From Oscillospiraceae bacterium (GTDB taxonomy: Bacteria; Bacillota; Clostridia; Oscillospirales; Oscillospiraceae): a stretch of 64,000 nucleotides of DNA. The notes under the pieces are model-generated. The model was not told where the DNA came from, did not search any database, and saw nothing but the letters and a program-made list of their open reading frames with translations. Made by a program: the position numbers and the translations under genes. The stretch spans positions 21,555 to 85,554 of the forward strand of contig JAHHSH010000001.1 of assembly GCA_020025345.1 (NCBI GenBank), written 5' to 3'. This document shows, piece by piece, positions 1 through 10,261 of this stretch. Numbering within the stretch: position 1 is the stretch's first letter; each line of letters opens with the position of its first letter.

Positions 1-977
1 TGGCCGTGAACAAGATGGACTCCACCGGCAATATCGACCCGGAGTTCTACGAGTTCTACAATCTGGGTCTGGGCGATCCCATCGCTGTCTCCGCCGTCCA
101 TGGTCACGGCACCGGCGATCTCTTGGATGCCTGTTTGCAGTACTTCCCCCCGGAGGACGAGGAGGAAGTCGAGGATGACGTCATTCAAGTTGCCATCATC
201 GGCAAGCCCAATGTGGGTAAGTCCTCTCTGACCAACCGGATTTTGGGGCAGCAGCGTGTGATCGTCAGCAATGTGGCGGGAACTACCCGCGATGCCATCG
301 ACTCCTATTTTGAAAACAAAACCGGTAAGTATAATTTCATCGACACCGCCGGTATGCGGAAAAAGTCCAAGGTGGACGACAATATCGAAAAGTACAGTGT
401 GCTCCGTGCCACCATGGCCATCGAGCGCAGCGACGTGTGCCTTATTTTGATCGACGCCCAGGAGGGTGTCACAGAGCAGGACACCAAGGTCGCTGGTCTG
501 GCCCACGAGGCGGGCAAGGCCTGCATCATCGTGGTGAACAAGTGGGATCTGGTGGAGAAAGACGGCAGAACCATGGATCATATGCGCGAGGAGATCCGTC
601 GTGACCTCAGCTATATGACCTATGCGCCCATCCTCTTCATCTCCGCGCTCACCGGCCAGCGTGTGCAGCGACTCTTTGAGCTGATCAACTATGTTCACGA
701 ACAGGCGTCTGTCCGTATCACTACCGGTATGCTCAACAGCGTCCTGGCCGACGCACAGACCCGTGTGCAGCCGCCCACGGACAAGGGCCGCCGTCTGAAG
801 ATCTATTATATGACGCAGGTGGGCATCCGCCCGCCCCACTTTGTCGCCTTCTGCAACGACAAGGCCCTGTTCCACTTCTCTTATCGGCGTTATCTGGAAA
901 ATCAGATCCGCAGCGTTTTCGGTCTGGAGGGTACGCCTATCATCATGACCGTCCGCCAAAAGGGCGAGGAGGAATAA
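1..977 (+). CDS. der: Ribosome biogenesis GTPase Der/EngA, 5' end outside window
   Basis: End of GD1 (NKMD, SAVHG), second G domain (GKPNVGKSS, DTAG, NKWD) and C-terminal KH-like domain. Confidence 0.97.
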   Translation, partial: AVNKMDSTGNIDPEFYEFYNLGLGDPIAVSAVHGHGTGDLLDACLQYFPPEDEEEVEDDVIQVAIIGKPNVGKSSLTNRILGQQRVIVSNVAGTTRDAIDSYFENKTGKYNFIDTAGMRKKSKVDDNIEKYSVLRATMAIERSDVCLILIDAQEGVTEQDTKVAGLAHEAGKACIIVVNKWDLVEKDGRTMDHMREEIRRDLSYMTYAPILFISALTGQRVQRLFELINYVHEQASVRITTGMLNSVLADAQTRVQPPTDKGRRLKIYYMTQVGIRPPHFVAFCNDKALFHFSYRRYLENQIRSVFGLEGTPIIMTVRQKGEEE

Positions 978-979
978 CC

Positions 980-1648
980 ATGTCCATCTACTTTGCAGCC
1001 CTCGTTGTGTTCCTGCTCTCCTATCTTCTGGGCTGTCTTAACGGTGCTGTCATCACTTCCCACTTCATCATCCGTGACGATGTGCGCTCCCACGGCAGTG
1101 GAAACGCTGGTCTTACTAACTTCTACCGCACCTACGGTGCTCGCTACGCGGCGCTGGTGGTTGTGTGCGATATGGGCAAAACCGCTGCGTCTGCCCTCAT
1201 CGGAGGCCACATGTTCGCCGTCCTCTTCGGCGATTGGACGCTGGGCGCGCTTATCGGCGGCGCCGGCGCTGTGGTAGGCCACATCTTCCCTGTATTCTAT
1301 GGCTTCAAGGGCGGCAAGGGCATCCTCTCCAGCGGTATGCTGCTGATTTTGCTGGACTGGCGCATCGCCGTAGTAGCATGGGGTCTTTTCATCCTGCTCG
1401 CTGTCTTTACCAGATATGTGTCGCTTGGCTCTTTGGCTGCGGCAGCCAGCTTCCCCATCAGCGCTTTCTTCGTCTATAACCACAATGTGGTGTACACCGT
1501 CTTGAGTGTGCTGATTGCCGTGCTGGTCATCTACAGTCACCGCGCCAATGTCAAGCGGCTCGTCACCGGCACAGAGAGCAAATTCCACCGCCATGTAAAA
1601 ACACCTGCCGCAGCGCAGGAAACAGAGGATAAAGAAACAGAAAACTAA
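980..1648 (+). CDS. plsY: Glycerol-3-phosphate acyltransferase PlsY
   Basis: GSGNAGLTN and GHIFPVFYGFKGGKG motifs; hydrophobic; conserved position after der. Confidence 0.95.
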   Translation: MSIYFAALVVFLLSYLLGCLNGAVITSHFIIRDDVRSHGSGNAGLTNFYRTYGARYAALVVVCDMGKTAASALIGGHMFAVLFGDWTLGALIGGAGAVVGHIFPVFYGFKGGKGILSSGMLLILLDWRIAVVAWGLFILLAVFTRYVSLGSLAAAASFPISAFFVYNHNVVYTVLSVLIAVLVIYSHRANVKRLVTGTESKFHRHVKTPAAAQETEDKETEN

Positions 1649-1666
1649 GAAAAGGATGCTTCGGCT

Positions 1667-2587
1667 ATGAAACACAATCAAGTTCGGCAAATCGTTTTCC
1701 CGCTTCTGACGGCTTTGATCTGGGGTACTGCCTTTGTGGCGCAGGATATCTGCGCCGACTTTATGGGCTCTATGACCTTCAACGCCTCCCGTTTCTTCAT
1801 TGCATTTCTCGCTTTACTGGTCATCGTTATGATTTTCGGCCGGCTGAAAAAGGATCGTCCGCAGCTGACGCCGGCAGAAACTAAGAAAGCGCGCAAATCC
1901 CTGTTGCTGGGCGGCTTTTGCTGCGGTACGGCGCTGGCGCTGGCGGCTTATCTCCAGCAGGCAGGCATGGAGTATGGCACGGATGCCGGCAAGGCTGGCT
2001 TCATCACCGCACTGTACATCGTGCTGGTACCCATCTTCGGCCTCTTTCTGAAGAAGAAAGTCTCCCTCCCTGTCTGGGTCAGCGTTGGTCTGGCTGTGGC
2101 CGCCCTGTATCTTCTGTGTATCAAGAACGGCTTCACCATCGAGTCCGGCGACCTTCTCTTGCTGCTGTGCTCTGCCGGTTTCGCCGTCCACATCCTCATC
2201 ATCGACCATTTCACCCAATTTGTGGACGGCATGAAGCTCAGCTGTCTCCAATTTCTGGTGGCTTCCATCTGGTCTGCCATCGGTATGCTGATTTTGGAGA
2301 CGCCTACCTGGGCCTCCATCGTCTCCTGCGCTCTGCCCATCCTCTATGTGGGCATCTTCTCCAGCGGTGTGGGATACACCCTGCAGATTCTGGCGCAGAA
2401 GGACTCCAACCCCACGGTGGTCACCCTGCTTTTGAGCATGGAGTCTGTATTCGCCGTCATCGCCGGTGCCATACTTCTGCACCAGCAGATGAGCTCCCGG
2501 GAGTATTTCGGCTGCGTGCTGATGCTGGTAGCTGTGATCTTGGCACAGATTCCCTTTCCTGAAAAGAAAAAGGCTGTGAAGGGCTAA
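1667..2587 (+). CDS. DMT/EamA family transporter
   Basis: About 10 TM helices, IWGTAFVAQ start, duplicated EamA pattern. Confidence 0.9.
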   Translation: MKHNQVRQIVFPLLTALIWGTAFVAQDICADFMGSMTFNASRFFIAFLALLVIVMIFGRLKKDRPQLTPAETKKARKSLLLGGFCCGTALALAAYLQQAGMEYGTDAGKAGFITALYIVLVPIFGLFLKKKVSLPVWVSVGLAVAALYLLCIKNGFTIESGDLLLLLCSAGFAVHILIIDHFTQFVDGMKLSCLQFLVASIWSAIGMLILETPTWASIVSCALPILYVGIFSSGVGYTLQILAQKDSNPTVVTLLLSMESVFAVIAGAILLHQQMSSREYFGCVLMLVAVILAQIPFPEKKKAVKG

Positions 2588-2607
2588 AGCCTTTCCTCCA
2601 CATACAT

Positions 2608-2648
2608 AAAAGGAGACGCAAAGCACTATGCTCTGCGTCTCCTTTTTC
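2608..2648. terminator. Bidirectional intrinsic terminator
   Basis: AAAAGGAGACGCA...TGCGTCTCCTTTTT between convergent genes. Confidence 0.8.
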
Positions 2649-2810
2649 ATGCCTTTCTCTTATCCCGTAACGCCAAACCAGACCAGCCAAAGCACGCCAA
2701 TCAGAAAAAGCAAGATTCCCCTCTGTTTATACGGTCTTTCCTGTGGCGCTCGGTTCCTATCTCCAACCCTTTTCTTGCCGATTCTCCGGTGTCGACCAAC
2801 GGTTTTTCCG

Positions 2811-3230
2811 CTAATTTTTTCTCTCGTAGTATATCTCTGTAAAGAAACTCACACCCAGCGAAAGCGTGAACAACAGCGCGCAGCCAGCACCCATGGCGGT
2901 GAGGTGCGTCTCGTCATACAGGCTGCCCATGGCAATAAAAATAAGAACCCCTGCCAGCTGCATCCCCTGCATGATCTGAAAGGCCCGCCGCTTCGTTTTC
3001 AGCTCGATCAGCTGATTACGCTCATCCTGCTCTTCCAAGCGATCCTCTGCGGTCAATTTGCGTGAAAGGCTTCGTGCCAGACTGTCCACACCGAGTAAGC
3101 AGCCCACAAGCACTGTCACAACCCCATTTACATCAAACTCATGTTTGACCACGTCCATAATCACCATGAAAGCCATCATGGAGAGCCAGACGATACCGAA
3201 CACAAATTTCTTTTTGTTATAGATTTTCAT
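2811..3230 (-). CDS. Membrane protein (DUF2178-like, DERN motif)
   Basis: Four hydrophobic segments, QDERNQLI motif; overlaps upstream XRE gene. Confidence 0.75.
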   Translation of the reverse strand: MKIYNKKKFVFGIVWLSMMAFMVIMDVVKHEFDVNGVVTVLVGCLLGVDSLARSLSRKLTAEDRLEEQDERNQLIELKTKRRAFQIMQGMQLAGVLIFIAMGSLYDETHLTAMGAGCALLFTLSLGVSFFTEIYYERKN

Positions 3231-3447
3231 ATCGCAGATCCTCCAATTCCCTGTTTTCTTTCAGACAGCACAGCTCCTCGACGCTCACGCCAAATACTTC
3301 CGCCATGCGATAGGCCAGCATCAAAGACGGGCTGTACTGTTCCTTTTCGATGGAAATAATGGTTCGGGCGGATACACGCACCCGATCCGCCAACTGCTGC
3401 TGCGTCATCTCTGCCGCCATGCGCAGTTCCTTTACTTTTGTTTTCAC
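3217..3447 (-). CDS. XRE/Cro-family HTH transcriptional regulator
   Basis: MTQQQLADRVRVSARTIISIEKEQYSPSL HTH signature; GGAGGAG RBS before GTG. Confidence 0.93.
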   Translation of the reverse strand: MKTKVKELRMAAEMTQQQLADRVRVSARTIISIEKEQYSPSLMLAYRMAEVFGVSVEELCCLKENRELEDLRYENL

Positions 3448-3464
3448 GTCTCTCTCCTCCAGAA

Positions 3465-3524
3465 CATGAAGTCGGCTTCATGTGAAGTTAGCTTCATGTT
3501 ATCACAGGACAGATTCTTTGTCAA
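3465..3524 (-). promoter_or_regulatory. SigA promoter with two tandem palindromic operators for the XRE gene
   Basis: TTGACA-N17-TAACAT on the minus strand; TGAAGTNNGCTTCA palindrome repeated at a 16-bp period (3467-3480, 3483-3496). Confidence 0.7.
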
Positions 3525-3611
3525 TACAAAATAGACGTTCTCCCACGTCTACCATCAAAAAAAGGGAGCGCATCCAATACAGATGCGCTCCCTTTTGACC
3601 GCTTGGGATTG

Positions 3612-4136
3612 TTATTCTCTTTTCTCACACACGGCGGCTGTATAGCCCTCCGGCGCCGCAAGTGCTGCCACGGCATACCCTGCCATAGGCTGCACAAAAT
3701 GCTTCCAGTGTCCCACCGCAGCGCCGCAGCACTTGAGCCGGGCCTCCGTCTCCGTCCAACGTTGGAAAAAGACTTCCGGGTCATCTGTCCCAAAGCGCTC
3801 ACAAAGATGGGGTTTCACTGCTCGCAGCCGCTCCACATCCACGCCCACGGGAACGTCGGACACGGCACAGAGCACCACATCTCCGCTGTGGCTGAGGCTG
3901 AAATGAGCCCCCGTCACCAGTGGTTTTCCATTTTCGCTATACGAAAACGTCACCTGCTCCGGCGTCAACCCCAACTTTTCTGCCAACATTTCCCGTGCAA
4001 GACCGCGGGCACAGAGGTGTGGCTTCGGCGCACGGTATCGCGCCATACGCTGTCGTTCCTCCGGCGTAAGCCACTGCGTCCACCGCTGGATTTGGTATTC
4101 CTCCACCTGCCGTAAATCTAAAAAACGCACTTCCAT
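3612..4136 (-). CDS. Sfp-type 4'-phosphopantetheinyl transferase
   Basis: GKP, FSLSHSG, VGVDVE and WTETEARLK motifs. Confidence 0.9.
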   Translation of the reverse strand: MEVRFLDLRQVEEYQIQRWTQWLTPEERQRMARYRAPKPHLCARGLAREMLAEKLGLTPEQVTFSYSENGKPLVTGAHFSLSHSGDVVLCAVSDVPVGVDVERLRAVKPHLCERFGTDDPEVFFQRWTETEARLKCCGAAVGHWKHFVQPMAGYAVAALAAPEGYTAAVCEKRE

Positions 4137-4139
4137 GGT

Positions 4140-7100
4140 TTAGAAGAAAGTAATCTGGCTGGTTTCCGCCATACCGGCGAACGCACCAAGGTTCTTCAGC
4201 TGCTCAATATTGGTCTTGGAGAGCTTATTGCAGCAGTTGGAGAACTCCTCAATGGAGATAAAGGTCTTACCCTTGCGCTGCTGCACAGTCGCCTGCGCTG
4301 CCGCCTCGCCCAAGCCATGGACGGACACAAAGGGCGGCAGAAGGCCGTTCTCGGTCACGAGGAACTTGGTGGCGTCCGACTTATAGATGTTGATGGTATC
4401 GAAGTGAAAGCCACGGAGGTAGAACTCGTAGCATACCTCCAGCGTCACCATCAGGTTCTGCTCCACATCGGTGGCATCCTTGTTGTTCTCGATCTCACGG
4501 ATCTTCTGCTTCACCGCCTCCAAACCGGCGCAGCAATACTCGGCGTCAAACGCCTTGGCACGGATGGAGAAGAAGGTGGCGTAGAACGCCAACGGACGGT
4601 GCACCTTATACCATGCAATACGGAACGCCATCATAACGTAGGCCACGGCGTGGGCCTTCGGGAAGAGGTAGCCGATCTTGGCAAGGGACTCAATATACCA
4701 GTCCGGCACATTGTGGGCCCGCATAGCATCCTCCCAGCCATCCTGGAAGCCGCCTTTTTTCACCTTACCCTTACGGACAGCCTCCATGATTTTGAAGGAC
4801 ATCTTGGGATCAAGCCCCATCTTAATGAGATAGAGCATAATATCGTCACGGCAGCCCACCGTCTCCAGAACGCTGGCCGTTCCGCTGACGATCAGATCAC
4901 GGGCGTTGCCCAGCCACACATCTGTACCATGGGAGAAACCGGACAAACGCACCAACGTATTGAAGTCTTTGGGATGGGTATCCATCAACATGCCGCGGGT
5001 AAAGCGGGTATTGAACTCCGGAATGGCCACAGCGCCGGTGGGGCCTAAAATCTCGTCATTTTCAAAGCCCAACACCTTGGAAGAAATAAAGATACTCATG
5101 GTATCCGGGTCGTCCAGCGGGATGGTCTTGGGGTCCACACCGGTGAGATCCTGCATCATCTTGATCATGGTGGGGTCATCGTGTCCCAGCATATCCAGCT
5201 TTAAGAGGTTATCCTCCATGCAGTGGTATTCAAAGTGCGTGGTGATAGTATCGCTGTCGGTGGCATCCGCCGGATGCTGCACTGCAGTAAAATCCTCTAC
5301 ATCCATATCATCCGGCACAACCACCAGACCGCCGGGGTGCTGCCCCGTCGTGCGGCGCACGCCGACACAGCCCTGGGTCAAACGGTTCATCTCCGCGTTA
5401 CCGGCAGTCATGCCATTCTCTTCCAGATATTTCCGCACAAAGCCGAAGGCCGTCTTTTCCGCCAGTGTACCGATGGTACCGGCACGGAACACCTGCGTCT
5501 CGCCGAACATTTCGATGGCGTGACGGTGGGCTTTGGCTTGATATTCACCGGAGAAGTTCAGATCGATATCGGGCACCTTACCGCCGCCGTAACCCAGAAA
5601 GGTCTCGAACGGGATATCGAAGCCGTCCTTCACATATTTTGTACCGCACTCCGGACAAATCTTGTCCGGCATATCAGCGCCGCAGCCGTAGCTGCCATCG
5701 GTGATAAATTCACTGTGGCGGCACTTGGGGCAGCGGTAATGGGGCGGCAGGGAGTTCACCTCCGTGATGCCGGACATATAGGCCACCAATGACGAACCCA
5801 CGCTGCCACGGGAACCTACCAGATAGCCATTCTCCAGACTGCGCTGCACCAGTTTCTGGGCAGACATATACACCACGTCGTATTTGCCGAGGATGCTGTT
5901 CAGCTCCACGTTCAAGCGATCCACGATCAGCTGGGGCGGTTTTTCGCCGTAGAGCTCATGGCACTTGTCCCAAACCATGTTATAAAGATCCTGCTCCGAA
6001 TTCTCCAGCCGAGGCGGGAACAGCTGTCCCGGCGGCAGAAGCTCGATCTCCTCCACCAGATCTGCGATGTGGCGGGGATTATCGATGACCACCTCTTCGG
6101 CCTTCTCCTCACCCAGATAGGCAAATTCCTTTAGCATTTCATCGGTGGTTTTGAAGTAGATGGGCAGACTCTCGTTGGCGTCGGGGAACTTCTTACTGGC
6201 CAGCAGGATATGGCGGTACACCTCGTCCTCCGGCTCCTGAAAGTGGACATCGCCGGTGGCGCACACCGGCTTCCCCAGCTCCTCGCCCAGCCGAACAATC
6301 GTGCGGTTAAACTCCCGCAGTTCCTCCTCCGACTGTACCTCGCCCTTGCGCAGCATGAAGGCGTTATTGCAAAGGGGCTGGATTTCCAGATAGTCATAGA
6401 AGGAGGCGATGCGCTTCAATTCCGCCCAATCCTTGTTGGCAATCACGGCTTGGAACAGCTCACCCGCCTCGCAGGCAGAACCGATGATCAAGCCCTCGCG
6501 GTGCTGCACCAATTCCGTCTTAGGGATGATGGGCACACGCTTGAAATATTTCAGGTTGGAGGCGGAGACCAGCTGATAGAGGTTCTTCAAGCCCATTTTG
6601 TTCTTGGCAAGAATGATGATATGCTTGGGGAATCGGTTGGACTTACTTCCCTTCGGCCGCAGCTTCAGCATCTCATCATTGATCTCCTGCAAGCGGTGGA
6701 TCCCCATCTCCTTTTGCATCTTCTCAAAGAAGGGAATCAGCATATACCCCACCATCGCGGCATCGTCCGAGGCACGGTGGTGGTTGAAGGCCGGCAGATC
6801 CAAGTGCTCGGCCACAATATCCAGCTTATACTTGTGGAGCTCCGGCAGCAGGTTCTGCGCCAGAATCAGGCTGTCCACATAGGTGGGATCAAACTCCAAG
6901 CCCACCTTCCGGCAGCCGGCCCGGATAAAGCTGATATCGAATTCCGCGTTGTGGGCCGCCAGAGGACGGCCGTTGACGAATTTCAAAAATTCCCGCAGTG
7001 CTTCTTTCAGCTGCGGTGCGTCCGCCAGCATCGCGTCGGTGATACCGGTTAGGCCGATGATCTCCGGCGTCAGGCGGCGGTTGGGATTGACGAAAGTCTG

Positions 7101-8087
7101 GAACCGCTCGGTGATCTCACCGTTTTTCAGCACCACAGCACCGATTTCCGTGATCGCCTCACGGTTCACCTTCAAGCCCGTTGTCTCAATATCAAAGCAG
7201 ACGATCTCATCGGCAAAATCCTGATCCTGCGCACCGTGAACCACAATACGATCGTCCAGATTGTTGACAAAATAGCCCTCCACGCCGTAGAGAATCTTGA
7301 TCTTGCCCTTGGCAACATGCCATGCGTCCGGGAAGGACTGCACCACACCGTGGTCGGTAATGGCAATGGCAGGATGTCCCCAGGAGATGGCCTCCTTGAT
7401 GACGCTGGTGGTATTGGTCAGCGCATCCATATTGGACATCTGGGTATGGAGGTGCAGCTCCACACGCTTACGATCTGCCGTGTCCTTTCGTCCCTCGTGG
7501 GTGATCTTCATAATATTCTGGGGGGCCAGCTGAATATCCTTGCCGTCACGGCTCAGTTCAATATAGCCCTGCACCCGCACCCACATTCCCGGTGCAATGG
7601 CATTTTTCAGCGGCTCGGCCTCCCGGCTCTGCATATACTTGCGCACCGTCACAGAGTTGTGGTTATCGGTCATGTCGAAGGTGAGACACCATACACCGGG
7701 GCGGCGTGTCTCGTACATCTCGGCAGCAAAGACCTTGCCCTCCAGCACCACGTTGCCCATCTTAGGGTTCAGTCCCTCCATGGTGGACACCTTGCCGCGG
7801 ATTTCCTTACCCATGAGCACGTCGCTTCCACCACTGCCGCCCTTTCGGGATGCGGTCTGGATATTGATCCGCAGCTGGTTGAGGTCATACTCCTTTTGCA
7901 GCAAATGCCGCATGGCCGTCTGCGCCGCCTCCGGAACGTCACTTTGACACTCCACCATCAACTCCATGCTGCGATTTTCTTTATCTAAGGTACCGCCCAA
8001 AAGCTGTGCGCCGTCAAATACCAAACGCAACTCACGCGGCGGCACAAAACCGTCAAAAAAATCAAAAAATGGCACTTTTTCTGACAT
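4140..8087 (-). CDS. polC: DNA polymerase III PolC-type alpha subunit
   Basis: OB fold, PHP domain (ELHLHT, TDH), inserted DEDDh exonuclease (FDIETTG), Zn finger, VPDIDLNFSG catalytic motif. Confidence 0.98.
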   Translation of the reverse strand: MSEKVPFFDFFDGFVPPRELRLVFDGAQLLGGTLDKENRSMELMVECQSDVPEAAQTAMRHLLQKEYDLNQLRINIQTASRKGGSGGSDVLMGKEIRGKVSTMEGLNPKMGNVVLEGKVFAAEMYETRRPGVWCLTFDMTDNHNSVTVRKYMQSREAEPLKNAIAPGMWVRVQGYIELSRDGKDIQLAPQNIMKITHEGRKDTADRKRVELHLHTQMSNMDALTNTTSVIKEAISWGHPAIAITDHGVVQSFPDAWHVAKGKIKILYGVEGYFVNNLDDRIVVHGAQDQDFADEIVCFDIETTGLKVNREAITEIGAVVLKNGEITERFQTFVNPNRRLTPEIIGLTGITDAMLADAPQLKEALREFLKFVNGRPLAAHNAEFDISFIRAGCRKVGLEFDPTYVDSLILAQNLLPELHKYKLDIVAEHLDLPAFNHHRASDDAAMVGYMLIPFFEKMQKEMGIHRLQEINDEMLKLRPKGSKSNRFPKHIIILAKNKMGLKNLYQLVSASNLKYFKRVPIIPKTELVQHREGLIIGSACEAGELFQAVIANKDWAELKRIASFYDYLEIQPLCNNAFMLRKGEVQSEEELREFNRTIVRLGEELGKPVCATGDVHFQEPEDEVYRHILLASKKFPDANESLPIYFKTTDEMLKEFAYLGEEKAEEVVIDNPRHIADLVEEIELLPPGQLFPPRLENSEQDLYNMVWDKCHELYGEKPPQLIVDRLNVELNSILGKYDVVYMSAQKLVQRSLENGYLVGSRGSVGSSLVAYMSGITEVNSLPPHYRCPKCRHSEFITDGSYGCGADMPDKICPECGTKYVKDGFDIPFETFLGYGGGKVPDIDLNFSGEYQAKAHRHAIEMFGETQVFRAGTIGTLAEKTAFGFVRKYLEENGMTAGNAEMNRLTQGCVGVRRTTGQHPGGLVVVPDDMDVEDFTAVQHPADATDSDTITTHFEYHCMEDNLLKLDMLGHDDPTMIKMMQDLTGVDPKTIPLDDPDTMSIFISSKVLGFENDEILGPTGAVAIPEFNTRFTRGMLMDTHPKDFNTLVRLSGFSHGTDVWLGNARDLIVSGTASVLETVGCRDDIMLYLIKMGLDPKMSFKIMEAVRKGKVKKGGFQDGWEDAMRAHNVPDWYIESLAKIGYLFPKAHAVAYVMMAFRIAWYKVHRPLAFYATFFSIRAKAFDAEYCCAGLEAVKQKIREIENNKDATDVEQNLMVTLEVCYEFYLRGFHFDTINIYKSDATKFLVTENGLLPPFVSVHGLGEAAAQATVQQRKGKTFISIEEFSNCCNKLSKTNIEQLKNLGAFAGMAETSQITFF

Positions 8088-8153
8088 ACAGCAACCATTC
8101 CTTTCGCTGTGATTGCAGAAATTTCGCCGCCCGAAGAGCGGCGAAATCCCATG

Positions 8154-9194
8154 TTAAAGCTTCTCAATTTCCTCCATCAAAGCATCCACCAGCTTCTCCT
8201 GGGGTACCTTATAGAGGATCTCTCCCTTACGGAACACAAGGCCCTCGCCCTGTCCACCGGCAATGCCCACATCTGCTGCGGAGGCCTCGCCGGGGCCGTT
8301 GACCACGCAGCCCATCACCGCCACCGTAATGGGCTTGGTGCAGTTCTGCAGCCGCCGCTCCACCTCGTTGGCAATGGGGATCATATCGTACTTCGTTCGG
8401 CCACAGGTCGGGCAGGAAATAAGATTCGGCCCCGTCTGGCGAATCCCAGCGGCAGCCAGAATCTTCTTGGCTGCATAGATCTCCTCCACCGGGTCAGCCG
8501 TCAGACTCACCCGCATCGTATCGCCGATGCCCTGGCACAGAAGACCGCCGATCCCGATAGCACTCTTGATCACGCCCATGGATGGCGTACCCGCCTCCGT
8601 GACGCCCAGATGCAGCGGATAATCCGTCTGCTCATGGAGCATCTGATAGGCCTCCATATTCACCGGCACACGGGAGCACTTCACCGAAATGCAAATGTCA
8701 TCAAAATTACAGTCGTTCAAAAGATGTACATGGCTCATAGCGCTCTCCACCAGAGCCTCCGCCGTAACGCCGCCGTACTTACGCAGCAGATCCTTTTCCA
8801 TGGAGCCGCCATTAACGCCGATACGGATCGGAATACCGCGCTCGCGGCAGGCATCCGCCACGGCACGCACGCGGTCTTGGCTGCCGATATTGCCGGGGTT
8901 GATGCGGATCTTGTCGATCCCCGCCTCGGCGCAGCGCAGCGCCAGCTTATAGTCGAAGTGGATATCCGCCACCAGAGGAATAGAGATCTGCTTTTTAATG
9001 GCTGAGATGGCTTCGGCCGCCGCCATATCCGGCACAGCCACGCGGATGATCTCACAGCCCGCCTGCTCCAAGGCGTGAATTTGGGCTACTGTCGCCTCCA
9101 CATCCTCCGTGCGCGTATTGCACATGGACTGGATCGCCACCGGCGCACCGCCGCCCACGGTTACCTTTCCCACATGAATTTCTCGACTCATCAT
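8154..9194 (-). CDS. ispG: HMBPP synthase IspG
   Basis: QSMCNT, ADIHFD, RINPGN, CPTCGR and MGCVVNGPGE motifs. Confidence 0.98.
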   Translation of the reverse strand: MMSREIHVGKVTVGGGAPVAIQSMCNTRTEDVEATVAQIHALEQAGCEIIRVAVPDMAAAEAISAIKKQISIPLVADIHFDYKLALRCAEAGIDKIRINPGNIGSQDRVRAVADACRERGIPIRIGVNGGSMEKDLLRKYGGVTAEALVESAMSHVHLLNDCNFDDICISVKCSRVPVNMEAYQMLHEQTDYPLHLGVTEAGTPSMGVIKSAIGIGGLLCQGIGDTMRVSLTADPVEEIYAAKKILAAAGIRQTGPNLISCPTCGRTKYDMIPIANEVERRLQNCTKPITVAVMGCVVNGPGEASAADVGIAGGQGEGLVFRKGEILYKVPQEKLVDALMEEIEKL

Positions 9195-9199
9195 ATCAC

Positions 9200-10261
9200 C
9201 TACCTAATAATTTTCCACACATCCTGGAGCATGACCACTGCCATCAGCGCCATCAGTAGGATAAATCCTGCGGCATGGATGTAATTCTCAAATTTAGGCG
9301 GAATCTGCTTTTTAAAGAGCAGCATACAAATCTGATTGATAACCAGAAAGAAGATCTTGCCGCCATCCAGTGCCGGAATAGGCAGCAGGTTCATCACCGC
9401 CAGGTTAACCGCGATCAGCGCAGCCAGATAGGCGATGTTTTCCATTCCATCGCGAACGGTAGCCGCTTGCTCTCCCACCTCGGTCATGGTGGAAACGATT
9501 CCCACCGGCCCGCTCAGATCTTTGACACCGGCCTCACCGGTAAAAAGCATTTTCAGCGACAGGCGCGTCATACGCACAAAATCTATCGCATTGTTCCAGC
9601 TGTAAGAGATGCGATTTTTGAAAGTGGCCTCCTCCACACCAAAAAAGATACCAAAACCAGTATACGAATTTCCGGACTGATCTTGATATTCCCGGCGCTC
9701 CATGGGGAAATCGTTCAGACGTACCTTCTCCCCGTTCCGCCGCACCACCAGATCGAAGGTGCCGTCTGTATTGCGGCCCAGCAAAAAGCCCACGTCGCTA
9801 TAGACATAGACTCGCTCGCCGTCAATGGAGAGGATCCGGTCACCCACCTGCAGCCCCGCCTCATTCTGGAGCGGGCAGCCCTCGGCAAATTCCGTAATCG
9901 TGGGGCTATAAAAAGCCTTGGCGCCGGAATAGAGGATGAGAATGATTACAAGTCCCGTCAAAAAGTTCATGATGGCGCCGGCGGCGAAGATGATCAGCTT
10001 CTGCCAAAAGCCCTGATTATTCAGCGCCGCAGGGTCATCGGAGTCCTCCTCTTCCCCCTCCATGGCGCAATAGCCGCCGAAGGGCAAAATGCGCAGAGAG
10101 TAGGTGGTCTCCCCCTTGGTCTTCTGAAAAATAGCAGGTCCCATGCCGACGGCAAACTCATTGACCCGCACCCCGCAGGCCTTCGCCGCCATAAAGTGGC
10201 CCAATTCATGAAGTGCGATCAATACGCCGAAAACCAGTATGCCAGCTAACACATAGATCAT
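9200..10261 (-). CDS. rseP: RIP metalloprotease RseP (M50) with PDZ domain
   Basis: HELGH and NLLPIPALDGG; start re-assigned to MIYVLAG, overlapping the end of dxr. Confidence 0.95.
   Translation of the reverse strand: MIYVLAGILVFGVLIALHELGHFMAAKACGVRVNEFAVGMGPAIFQKTKGETTYSLRILPFGGYCAMEGEEEDSDDPAALNNQGFWQKLIIFAAGAIMNFLTGLVIILILYSGAKAFYSPTITEFAEGCPLQNEAGLQVGDRILSIDGERVYVYSDVGFLLGRNTDGTFDLVVRRNGEKVRLNDFPMERREYQDQSGNSYTGFGIFFGVEEATFKNRISYSWNNAIDFVRMTRLSLKMLFTGEAGVKDLSGPVGIVSTMTEVGEQAATVRDGMENIAYLAALIAVNLAVMNLLPIPALDGGKIFFLVINQICMLLFKKQIPPKFENYIHAAGFILLMALMAVVMLQDVWKIIR

Noticed and set aside
2660..2810. Minus-strand frame ending in a TM-like peptide (RGILLFLIGVLWLVWFGVTG)
   Set aside because: No start codon or RBS in the intergenic space; cannot be distinguished from chance or an old remnant
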